A program made the position numbers and the translations under genes. DNA of 63,129 nucleotides, the filler included, from Basidioascus undulatus (Eukaryota): the NCBI GenBank assembly GCA_000826855.1. It is 15 parts of 15 records of this genome, joined end to end, with 100 filler letters (N's around TTAATTAATTAA, not from the genome) between each part and the next. Parts side by side here need not be neighbours in the genome. Positions count along the whole stretch, not along the records: positions 1 to 23,487 come from JTLS01000265.1; 14 more parts are not named here. One strand, 5' to 3'. Numbering within the stretch: the first letter of the stretch is position 1; every line of letters begins with the position of its first letter. The notes under the pieces were generated by a model. That model did no database searches, was not told the DNA's origin, and was given only the letters and a program-made list of their open reading frames with translations. Below, one piece after another: positions 12,635 to 23,587 of the stretch.

Positions 12635-14481
12635 AGTCTCTCGAGCTTGGTAAATGCGGTCGCTTGGTAAATGCCCCATTGAAATTGTATTCTGCATGGA
12701 CCTCTTTCTGCTTGTTTCATGGGATCGGCTGCCTCTAGCCTGGTTCATGCCATCTTTCGAAGAAGTGCATCGGCGCATAAGATCTATGGCTACGAATGCA
12801 AGCCGCCAGATATTACAGACGACATCTTGGATTAAACTATGCACAGGCTCTTCTTATCTGAGACTATGCAGCCAAGTTTGCTCGACTGACACTCTCTCGC
12901 AGATCACAAGCTGACAGCGTAGCAAGAGACTTTAAGGAGCCACATGGACAACGTTAAGCACCGATGTCGATCTTCCTCACCAACCCGCACTCTTCCCAAA
13001 CCTCTACCAGTGTCTTCTCTCTGTCCAGATACCCGCTCCCCAGAAGCTCCAGAAAAGCCGGACGATTCAGATGTATGGCGAGAGCGCGTGGGCTGGTGAA
13101 CCTGTGAAGACAAGCTATTAGATGCAGTGACGTTTCGGATCAGAGGATAGGAGGACACACTCTTCAAAGAAAATGAATGTGTCGTTGTCATTTCCGTATC
13201 CACGGCCAACCCGGTATCTGCGGGAGACAGTACGTGTGCATCAGAAGAAGGTCGCGAGTACAGCGAGTTCGCATGAACGACCTACGTCAAAGTTCCAAGG
13301 GGGATCAGCTTCGTTTGCGCTACAAGCGCCGCAATAAGCTCGTTGACTTTGTCGGTCTGACCGGGTAACGCTCTCAACTGATAGTAGCACGGTCGTGAGC
13401 TTTATGTGCTTCTTTCCGGATGTGCAACACAGTCGATACCCGAACAGTCAAAAGGAACTTGTCTTCCAATTGGGGAATGATATCGCTGCTCGACATGGTG
13501 CTTCGAGGAGATGACCAAGAGAAACGAGAAGGAGTGGGTGTGAGTGGCGACGGCATAATTGCTGAGCGAGAAGACGGTCCATTTATCGAGCTCACCGTCC
13601 ACCACGAGCTGCCGGGTGCAAAGCCTCTTAAGAGGACAGTGCGAGGCTACCCATTCTCCGTCTATCGCCAAGGCGAGATGGCTAATTAGAAGGCTAACAG
13701 TCCGAGCTCTTACTCACTGGAGATCAGAGTTTTATTACACTTCGAAGTCTGTGATATGGGCATGCGCTCGCTTTGATGTGCACGCTCCCGTGTGAAGTGA
13801 GGGGACAGATGAAGTCCGCCTCCCGGCAATGCGCTTCACGTCTCGGGTCTGTAAGAGAGCGATGCTTCCTCTCACACTAAATGAAAACGGTGAGGATTGG
13901 TTCAAATTTTAATCTTCCAGATACGGCCCAAATTGGCCTCCACAAAGTGGAGCAGATGTTTCAGGACTGCGCGAGCATTAGCGCTCCTATTCGTGTGCAC
14001 TGTGCACTCACCACTCGCCATAATAGGAATTGCGTGTTTTCCACTACCCCGGTAGAAGATCAGATTCCTTATTCCAGTGGGATTCGCGTAGGGAGCTCCC
14101 GAGTGGCGGTCGCCTCCCGAGCAGCATGGGATGCTCTTCACGGGTGACCGTTGCTATCAAATTGATTACTGTCGCCGCTGTGGTTGGTGGGAGTGGGCGA
14201 GGAAGCCCGAAGGAAGCACACCTCGGCGACACGTCCGCAGCCGCAACTACGTGTTGATGGCGTGCCCTTCTTTTCATTCCCACTTTGCGTCAGCAACTTC
14301 TGAGTGTTGCGAGGCGCGCCATCTTGATGGCAGTGGGCCAACAGTGGGCAGCCTTAGAACTGCATGCAGTTTAGCTGAGCTTTCCCCCGGAGCTTAATAA
14401 GACCCGTTGGGCAACGAGCGGCGACCGAACCGCAACGTCAATCCGGGCAGAGCAGAAAGTGAATCGCAGCCAGATCGGGGT

Positions 14482-16801
14482 TCACAAGCCCTCGACATCC
14501 AATTCAGCAACGAGCCCCGGTAGCGAAGTCTGCTCCAGCACGTCGCTTCCCTCCCGTTCCCTCTCCTTACCCTTCCGACTCTCTCTCCTCTTCTCCGTCG
14601 CCCACCGCTTCAACCGTGCCTCCCAAATAGCCACGACGCTCTCCACCTCCTCGCGGCCCTTAGCGCCAACAAGGCGAGCGGCAGCGTCGAGTAGCTTCTC
14701 ATACGCCTCCGGCATCGTCCCGCACACATCGTGCGGCGCGTACATGGTGTGTTTCGCTGACGGTAGAGATGACGGCGACAGGTCGGGGACGCGCGGTGGG
14801 GGGAAGTGGTAGAGCGGTGCGAGCCAATCGGAAGAAGGTGGTGAGGGAAGAGGCGGAGATGAGTGAGCGGAAGTGGACGCTCCGGCTGTCGTTGAAGCGG
14901 GACCCGTGAGAAAAGAGAGAACAGCGTCGACCCCTGGAGGGAGTGTGCGCGTCTGGTGAGGACAGTGACGAAAGACCATAGCCGACGCTATCGGACGCAC
15001 CTGAAGAGTGCCCGCTCTTGGGTGGCAGAACCCGCTCGCAAAAGTCGAAATACGCGTCCATCTCGGCTTCGGTCATACTCAGCGCGTCGCTGTAGGAGAA
15101 ATCAAAACGTCAGCGAATCGCCCCCAAACGCATCGCAGGACACAGAGCGAACCTCCATCCGTCGGCCGGTTTTCCACCTGCGCTAGCACCACCTCGTTGT
15201 CGATAATGCTTCGCGAGCGTGTCCAGCCAGAGGTCGCGCGCTGGAGCTGCACCGAGCGCGGGATCATCGATGCTGATCTCCCTCAAATCGCGATCAGCCA
15301 AACTGCAACAAGCGGTTAGTTTCGGATCCACTCACCCAGACTCGTCCATCAGGCTGTACAGCAGCTTGACACAAAGTACGACCGCTGCGACGAGGGACAG
15401 CTCTGGGGAAAAGGCGTCGCCGGGTCGGGCATTGTAGGCGTTATGGCCGGCATCTAACGTCCCAGGCGGGATGAGAGAAAGCGAGAGCTCGATGCGTCGG
15501 GCGAGATGCTTCGCTAGAACGTAGATTCTTGCTGCAACCCCGGCATGTCAGGGAAAGCTCAGAGGACATCTAGGGCCGTGGTAACGCACGGGGAAGTCCA
15601 AGGCCGTGCACGCATCGCCAGAGGATCGGGGCTGCGTTCGCTTCAGGGAAAGCGACGTCGGAGTGAGAGTGGAGCAGGCGAGCAAGATGGATTGCAGAGC
15701 GGTGGAGTTTGCGGAGTGAGGGGATTCGCTGTGGGAATGCGGACAGATGAGCGCCACCGAAGGGGAGAGAGAATGACATAACGAACCATTGGGGAAAGCG
15801 CGTCGCGGGCTTTGGGTGAGAGATGCTTGAGCATGGTCGGCGGTAGAAGGTGCGCCGCATCGAGGTAAGGTATTCGACGGTCCTCGATGAGCCTGTTACA
15901 CGCATCTCAGCGCAACTCCGCATCAAATTGAGCCAAGACGACCCACCGACGAAGATCTGAATACATCAGCGGTATCCTGAGATACCAGCACCCGAGAAGA
16001 AGAACGACGAGCGTCCAAAATCCGCTCGCCTCGTCGACGCCCATCGTCCGCTTGCGCCGACGTTTGGCGCCTTTAAGCGCCCGGTGCATTGTCTGCTCTT
16101 CGCCCTCCTCCTCATCCTCGCTCGCCTTCTCGAGTTCCTCGAGCATACGCTGTGCCTTATCCTCAGCGTTTTCCTCCTCCTTGTCCGAGCCCTTGCCGTC
16201 GTCTGACGGGGCGGGGGAAGGCGGAGGACGAGCGTCAAGAGGCGCGGGGGTGAGGTGAGGGAGGAGCGAGAGGCGGACGGCCCAGAGGTCGCGCGTGATA
16301 TGCTATGAAAGAGGGGAAAGGCTGAGCAGCTGTCGAAGACAAATAACTGTGACTGACGTACCTCGAGCTCGGGCGGAAGGTGTAGCAAAGAGACGAGGGC
16401 CGCGACTTGAGAGCGAAGAATGAGCTGCTGCGCCTGATAGTGTAGATAGAAGAGATCTTCGCCGTGATAGTCTTTAGTCGTACAGAGCGTCAGCAGGTGA
16501 GAGTACAAGCCGATGAAATTCTGCACGGACAGTGATCGGACGCAGTCTCCTTCTTCTTGTGGACCTTGGTCTGAACGGTCCTTCGCTTGCGCGTAACGTG
16601 GTTGACTTGATCGGTTTCAGTCGTCTCGTTCCGGTAGCCCTGTTAGTAGTCCGATGCAGTGTCAACGACCGAAGCAAGTCGAATTCGAGACGCGTCGAAG
16701 AGGCGAACCTCGAGCAGATGCCCCTCTGAGCACATGGGCAAGCCGCTGATCGGGTCCCGCCGCCATCGCCGGGAGCGGCATACGGGACACCTCCGGACCA
16801 T
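14482..16801 (-). CDS. RRN7: RNA polymerase I initiation factor Rrn7/TAF1B (multi-exon)
   Basis: Exon 1 MVRRCPVCRSRRWRRDPISGLPMCSEGHLLE is the Rrn7 zinc ribbon. Later exons include YYQAQQLILRSQV-like/LHLPPELE, LLGCWYLRIPLMYSDL and TEAEMDAYFDFCERVL. Confidence 0.8.
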
Positions 16802-17003
16802 TTGAAGTGGGTTTATAGATGAATCGAATTCGAAAAGTCAGTGTGCGAGGGGATGAGAGAGAAGACGCGAAGACGCGTCCAGGCTCATTAGGCGGACTGT
16901 CGGACTTCGGCTGGTAACTCTCAGTCCGAAAGGGAAGCCGAGCCTGGGAGTCTCCGGTGCGCCCGGCTGCCTTCCTTCGCCAACTATCACCATTGCCGCA
17001 CGC

Positions 17004-20000
17004 ATGGCAGTCTCTCTTACACCTCTTTCAGGGTCAGCGGCGGCGACGCAGTCGGGACGGTCTCAAAAGAACGGGTCCGAGCCGCTGTGCTACCTCCTCG
17101 AGCTCGACGAAGCCCGCATTCTCCTCGACTGCGGCGCGCGGGATTGGGCTGGCGACGAAGCCCGGGCGGTGGTCGGAGGGGACGAGATGGAGGAGGAGCA
17201 GGAGCGAGACAGGCAGTACGAGGAAAAGTTGAAAAGGTGGGTCTGCGCTTTTGCTCAGCGTCAGGGCCGCCGACCTCGCAATCAACAATCGCTGTGTCGG
17301 TTTCCCGAGCATGCATTGCTGTTTGATCTGACCTCTGGGAGCTTGAAACCCGCTGCATCTCAAATGTGTGCTGAGTATGGGTCTCTCATGCAGTCTCGCC
17401 CCCACCATCGACCTCGACCTTCTCTCGCACGCCTCGATTCGGCACGCCGGCTTGTACGCCTACGCCCGCGCCCGGCTGGGTCTTACGGCCCCGGCGTACG
17501 CGTCCCTTCCGGTCAAGGAGATGGCTCGAATTGCTACGGCGGAGGACACGCTCGGATGGCGGGCCGAGCGGGACATCGACGCTCAGGAGGACGAGTACTG
17601 GATCCCGAAGCTGGAGGAGATTAGGGAGGCTTGGGCGAGTGTGAAGGACGTGCGGTATCATCAACCCCAGCATCTTACGGGTACGTATTTCTGCCTATTT
17701 CGGATATATCTCTGCAAGCTGAAGTGACCGTGGAAGGACAGGCAAGCTAAAGGGCCTGACTTTGACCGCCTTTTCGTCTGGGCACACGCTCGGCGGCACG
17801 CTCTGGAAGATCCGCTCGCCCGCGTCTGGCACGGTTCTATACGCCGTAGGGCTCAACCACATGAAGGAGCGCCATTTGGATGGGACGGTGCTCCTTCGTG
17901 GCTCGGACGCGCCCGGCGGCGGCGTGGCTGTGCACGAGCAGCTCGTGCGGCCGGGCCTGGTCATCACGGACACGGAACGCGGCTCCTGCGTCAATGCGAA
18001 GCGAAAGGACCGCGATAGTGCCTTGCTTGGTGCGTAGAAGCTATCCTGAGTTTCCTGAGTTCAGCATTGACCAAAGGGCACTCGCAGAACTGATCACCAT
18101 CACCCTCCTCGAAAACCACTCCGTCCTCATCCCCTGCGACCCGACCACGCGCGTCCTCGAGCTCCTCGTCCTTTTCGACCAGCACTGGACCTTCTCGCGC
18201 GACAAGGACCCGACAGGCTTCCGCTTCCCGCTCTGCCTCGTGTCCCAGACGGGCGACGAGATGCTCAAGTTCGTGCGCGGCTTGATGGAGTGGTTCGGTG
18301 GAGCGGCGGCGGCTGGAGAGGGGCCGAGGGAGGACGCGGAGAAGGACAAGGGCAAGTGGGGTCGGAGAGATAGGGAAGGCAAGGGCGTACTCGACTTCAA
18401 GTGAGTGGTTTCCCTCGGTTGCCGCTTGTCAATTTGGGTTACTTAGAAGCTGACGCGCACTTCACAGACCGCTTCACGTCTTCCCCACCATCGCTGCGCT
18501 CAACGCCGCGTTCCCTGCCGATGTTCCGAAGCTCGTCCTCGCGACGCCGCCCAATTTCTCCTACGGCTCTTCCCGCCGCCTCTTCGCCGAGTTCGCGCGG
18601 AACGGTGGAGATCTGGTTGTACTCACGCAGCGCGGAGCGCCCGGCAGTCTCGCTCGCGGGCTGTTCGAGCGCTGGGACGCGGCGCAACCGGATGATCGGA
18701 AATGGGGAAAGGGGAAGATCGGTGACGTTGTGCAATCGGATTGGGCGCTGCGGTTGCGGGTGCGGTCGCTGTTGGCGTTTCCCGGCAACACTATTACTCA
18801 TGAAAGTGCTCCGTTAACAGATGCACAAGAAGGTTCCTCTCGAGGGTGCGGAGCTCCAGGCGCACCTCGACGCAGAGCAACACGCGCGCGACCAAGAGGC
18901 GGCTCGCCAAGCTGCCGAAGCGCGGAAGCGGCGCATGATCGAAGCCGACGAGGAGGAGTCCGACGACGAGTCCGACAGCGACCGCGAGGTCGACGACGCG
19001 CTCGGCGGCCGCAACGAGGAGGACGAGTTTGGCACCCCGGGCGAAACGGGTCGACGCGCAGGCGTCACGTTCGCCGAGCCCGGCAGCTCCTCGCGCAAGC
19101 GGGGCGGCGGTGTGGGCGCGTTCCCGTTGGCCACAGGCGCGACGGGCGACTTGCCCGAGGCGGGCGAGGTCTCGTTCGACATCTATCTCAAGGGCCATTC
19201 GACGCGCGCGGCGAGCTTTTTCAAGTCTGCGTCGAGCGGCGCGCCCCGCTTCCGTATGTTCCCGTTCGTGGAGCGCCGGAGGAGGGTCGACGAGTACGGC
19301 GAGGTCATCGACGTCGACGCGTGGATCTCGCGAGGAAAGGAGCTCGCGAGCGCCGCGGCTGAGGACCAAGAGGAGCGGGAGACCAAGCGAAGACGACTTG
19401 AGGAGGAGGAGCGGAATGTGAGTCCGGCTAATGGCAGCTCTGCTCGCGGAGAAGAGGCGCCTGCAGCGCTGACGGTTATGCTGTTGCAGAAACAACGGGC
19501 CGAACCGCCGAGCAAGTACGTCACCGAGGACTTGGAGCTGCAGATGGTCTGCAGGGTCTTCTACGTCGACATGGAGGGCCTCAACGACGGCCGCGCAATA
19601 CGGACCATCATGCCTCAACTCAACCCGCGCAAGATGGTGCGCGTTTTCGTATTGATCTTGCAATCTCGTGCGCTGTGCTCACCTCGCTTGCGTCTTGCAG
19701 ATCCTCGTCAGCGGTCCGAAGGAAGCTTCCGACGCGCTCATCGACAGTTTCGGCGCGATTGCGGCGATGACCAAGGAGGTCCACGCTCCCGCTCTCGGAG
19801 AGCCCGTAAAGATCGGCGAGCACACGCACAGCTTCTCGTTCACCCTCGGCGAATCGCTGCTCGCGAACTTGCAGATGGCTCCGGTGGGTGTCTCTCAGGT
19901 CTGCAGAAGCGCGTACATTGACTAACTTTATGCACAGTTCGAAGACTTCCTCGTCGCGCACGTCACCGGCCAAATCTCTTACAACTCCGAATCCTCCATT

Positions 20001-20387
20001 CCCATCCTCGGTCATCTCCCCGTCGCACCCGCTGCTGCTTCGACTACCGAAGCCTCATCGGGGACGAGCGTCGCCTCTGCCGCCGCACCCGACGCCCCGA
20101 CCGCCCCGCTCCCTTCCGTTCCGCAGCGCACGCTGCCGCCGTTGCCGTCCTCGCTGTTCGTCGGCGACCTCAAGCTGACGGCGCTGAAGGCGCGGCTCGA
20201 GGCGCAGGGTGTCCAGGCCGAGTTCGGCGGCGAGGGCGTGCTGGTCTGCTCCAAGGAGGGCGGCGGCGCTGTCGCCGTTACGAAGAACGCGCAGGGAAAC
20301 TTGGTGATCGAAGGTGGTCTTGTGGGGCGGGGCGAGGCGTACTATCTCGTGAGAGATACGGTGTACAGCATGCACGCCGTCGTATGA
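17004..20387 (+). CDS. CFT2: Cleavage and polyadenylation specificity factor subunit 2 (CPSF100), MBL/beta-CASP fold, multi-exon
   Basis: PLCYLLELDEARILLDCG, LAPTIDLDLLSH, SGHTLGGTLWKIRSP, NHMKERHLDG, RFRMFPFVERRRRVDEYGEVID, VDMEGLNDGRA, SLFVGDLKLTALKARL...AEFGGEGVLVC...YYLVRDTVY. Confidence 0.93.
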
Positions 20388-21078
20388 ACGTGACTTTGGT
20401 GGATTTCGAGGCATAGTGCGTGCTTTGTCGGTGAGGCAATGTTTGTTGCCAGTGTGCACTTCAGTCGCTGCGACCGCCCCGCTGCACTGTGAAAAGTGTG
20501 ACGCTGACTCCACGTCTCGCGTGACGTGCAAGCCAAAGGCAGCGCTTTCTGTGACATATGCTGGAAATGAGGATAAGCGAACGGTCAGAAAATGCGGAGA
20601 GCAGGGATTTGTGCTGAAGAGTCGCTTGCACTGTACTGTCCTTCGAGAGACACCTCAACTGTAGTTAACAGGGGTCTTCAAAGACCGTCCGCGACCGCAC
20701 GGCCGATATTGAAGCCATCATTTGTAAAGAAAAAAAAGGCCTCGATCGCCCTGACTTGCAATTTCAAGACCAGAAACGAAAAATAAATGGTTCTTCCGTG
20801 GATTGAACACGGTACCTTCAGGACTTCAATCTGACGCTCTCCCAAATGAGCTAAAGAACCCTTGAGACCTTTGCCCATTTAGAAAACTACCACACAACTA
20901 TAAAGAGCACCCCGAGCGCGTTAAGCGCCTAACTGCAGCGTTGCTCCAGAGCTGAACGCACGGCAAGTATGCCGCCCTGTGCACAAGTGCGGTTGCGTGA
21001 AAGCGATCGTATTTCCTTGCGATGTCTAAACTACATTGAGAACGCAGCAAGCATTTCAGGGTATGCATCTGCAGGTGT

Positions 21079-22617
21079 CTACGCGCTGACATCAGGGTAT
21101 ACGTCGAACCTGCGCTGCGTCGTAACAGGAATGCCCGTCCTCGCAGACTTCAAAACGTCGACGTCTGTAACCCAGCCGCTCCCGGTGTCGTTAGCATTCC
21201 TGCGCGCTAGACAAGGCGTGGAAACAAAGCCACTCACCGATGTCAGCGTAGATGATCGATTCCTTCTCGTCCGTGGACGCGATGACTGTGCCCATCGGGT
21301 CGACGACCAGCGAATGGCCCCACTGCGGCGTTTCGTGCTCGAGTCAGGTTTGGTATGTGCGGGGGGACGGTTGCAGGGAATAGGACGCACGGCGTGGTAC
21401 TCGGCCTCCATGTTACGCGCCGGACTGCACATGGACACGTAGATCTGGTTGTCCACGGCGCTTCGCGGGCATTCATGGGTCAGTGTCGTTTGCTCAAAGG
21501 AGATGAGCAGTGCAATCTGAAACGCACCGAGCACGCTGGAGAAGCTCCCAGTGCAGCGGGCCGGTGGTAGTGTTGAACGCGGAGGGGTAGATCATGGCCA
21601 TTGCGCCTGCGAGCTCGCCAATGAGTGAGGAGAGACGCAATGCATGTGCCAGAGCGACGTACCGTTGCGCGCTGCGATCATGGCCAGCTCGGGGAAGCGG
21701 ACGTCGTAGCAGATGCCAAGACCAATGCGACCGAATTCTGAGCAGACAGGAAGTGGTGAGTGATTACCTGGAGGGAATGAGGCACAGCGAGACGCACTGG
21801 TGTCGAAGACGGTCAACTTCGTTCCCGCGCTGAGACTGTCGCTTTCCTGCAGGTACAGCGGATTCAGCTGACTTTCATCAGGATAGAAAGGAGACCGGGT
21901 ACCTTGAAAGTAATCTTCCCCGGGACGTCAATGTCGAACAAGTGCACTTTACGGTGCTTCGCGAGCATGTTGCCTGGCCAGAACGAGCATGTCAGCATCC
22001 CTCCTCCGTGCCGACCAACTTCGCTGGATACGCACCCTCCGCATCATACACAGTCGCAGTGTTGTAGAGCTTCCCCGTACCCTCCTCGCGCTCCGGAATC
22101 GAACCTGTTCCAACCCCGCAACATCAGGGGTAAAGCTCACCGAGGGTGATCGTCTCGCACCTCCGATCAAGTACACGCCCGCCTCCTTCGCCAGGCCGCT
22201 AAGCACCTTGATGCTCTCGCTCTTCTCCAGCTCCTCCGTCGATGCTCCCGGCTCAGGCACGGGCTCCGCATACTTGTCAAAGTACTGTTCACCGCCCACC
22301 GCCCTTCAGCATTGCGCCCCACCCAAGTTCCGCCTTCGCTCTGGCCCCACACGCACCTTGACACCATACGGCGAGTTGAAGCACTCGGGCAAAACAACCA
22401 CGTCCGGGCGCTTGCCCTCCCCGCCAGCAACAGCCTTGAGCACGAGCTCGCGCGCGTGCGCGAGGTTCGCCGTCTTATCCGCGGCCGTGTGCCCCAGCTG
22501 GACGAGCGCGAGGCGGAACGACTTGGGCGTCGGGGCGGCGGCGGCGGCGGCGGTGGACATGGCGCGGGTGAGAGAGGTGTGGATGCGGGCGGTGAAGAAT
22601 ACGCGGGCTAGGACCAT
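21079..22617 (-). CDS. NIT3: Carbon-nitrogen hydrolase, Nit2/Nit3 omega-amidase type (multi-exon)
   Basis: Catalytic triad motifs [12 protein letters not shown] (Glu), [18 protein letters not shown] (Lys) and [13 protein letters not shown] (Cys), plus [23 protein letters not shown] and [12 protein letters not shown]. Confidence 0.9.
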
Positions 22618-23487
22618 GAGCTGGAGAAGGGGGAGGGGTGTGGAAGCTGGTGTCGCCTGGCTTCGTGAAGCGCCGGCTGAGTGGAGGGCCCGTGGGGGAG
22701 TGAGCGCCAAAGAGTCGAGCGAGAAGGACACCCACGTTGGACTTGAGATTTCGAAGTGTTTGGACGCTCGTAATTTGTAGATATTTTTCAAGAACAGGCT
22801 ACTCGGACTGTGAGAGCATTGGGCACGCTTGGGGCCCAAAATGTATCCAGCTCGGCTGCAAGCAAAGCAGCGAGCTCGACCCCGGTGCACATCGAGCTCT
22901 TCAGGAATACAACAGTCCGTCCCTCTCCATGGACTGCGTATGAGTTTGACAAATGAGCGGTGTTCTGCATTTCCCAGTCAACTTCATTTAACTCGGCAGC
23001 ATGCATCCGCCGGCCGCAGTGGAACTCCCTCGGAAGCGGTCCTGGTACTGTGACTATGGTATGGAAACAGATGGCTTGCGAGCATTATGGGTCTTCAGAG
23101 CTGCATAGCAATGTGCATCCACTCGGGGCGAAATTTGTGTGACGAGAGGTTAAGGGCAACTGACATGGCGATGAAAGTACGGCCGCTGTGCTGTTCTGTC
23201 AATTCTGCAGCATCCACGATGTGAATCCATTTACCGGCTGTAAAAATAAAAGAACATAAACATTGCCCTCGCAAGCTGCCTCCCCTGTGCAATCTCCAAC
23301 AAGGCTGTCTGCACGAGTCGGCGCCTCCGTCTGCTGAACTGCAGTGAAAGCGCTGCAGGCGTGCCACCGTTTGGTCCACTTGAGTCACACTTGCCTACCT
23401 CCGCGGACTCTGGGACAGAAGATGTGGAAGAAGTGGAGGGGGGGAGAGGGAGGGTGTTGGTGCAGGCTGGGCTGGTTTGAATAGCTC

Positions 23488-23587
23488 NNNNNNNNNNNNN
23501 NNNNNNNNNNNNNNNNNNNNNNNNNNNNNNNTTAATTAATTAANNNNNNNNNNNNNNNNNNNNNNNNNNNNNNNNNNNNNNNNNNNN
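23488..23587. other. Artificial contig-joining spacer (first of 14)
   Basis: N-run, TTAATTAATTAA (stops in all six frames), N-run. Identical spacers start at 26347, 29205, 32054, 34900, 37745, 40588, 43426, 46252, 49072, 51890, 54705, 57515 and 60325. Confidence 0.98.

Noticed and set aside
23532..23543. Regularly recurring TTAATTAATTAA palindrome (about every 2.8 kb) as a biological repeat or CRISPR-like array
   Set aside because: It is always embedded in N-runs of fixed length and is a standard six-frame-stop linker.
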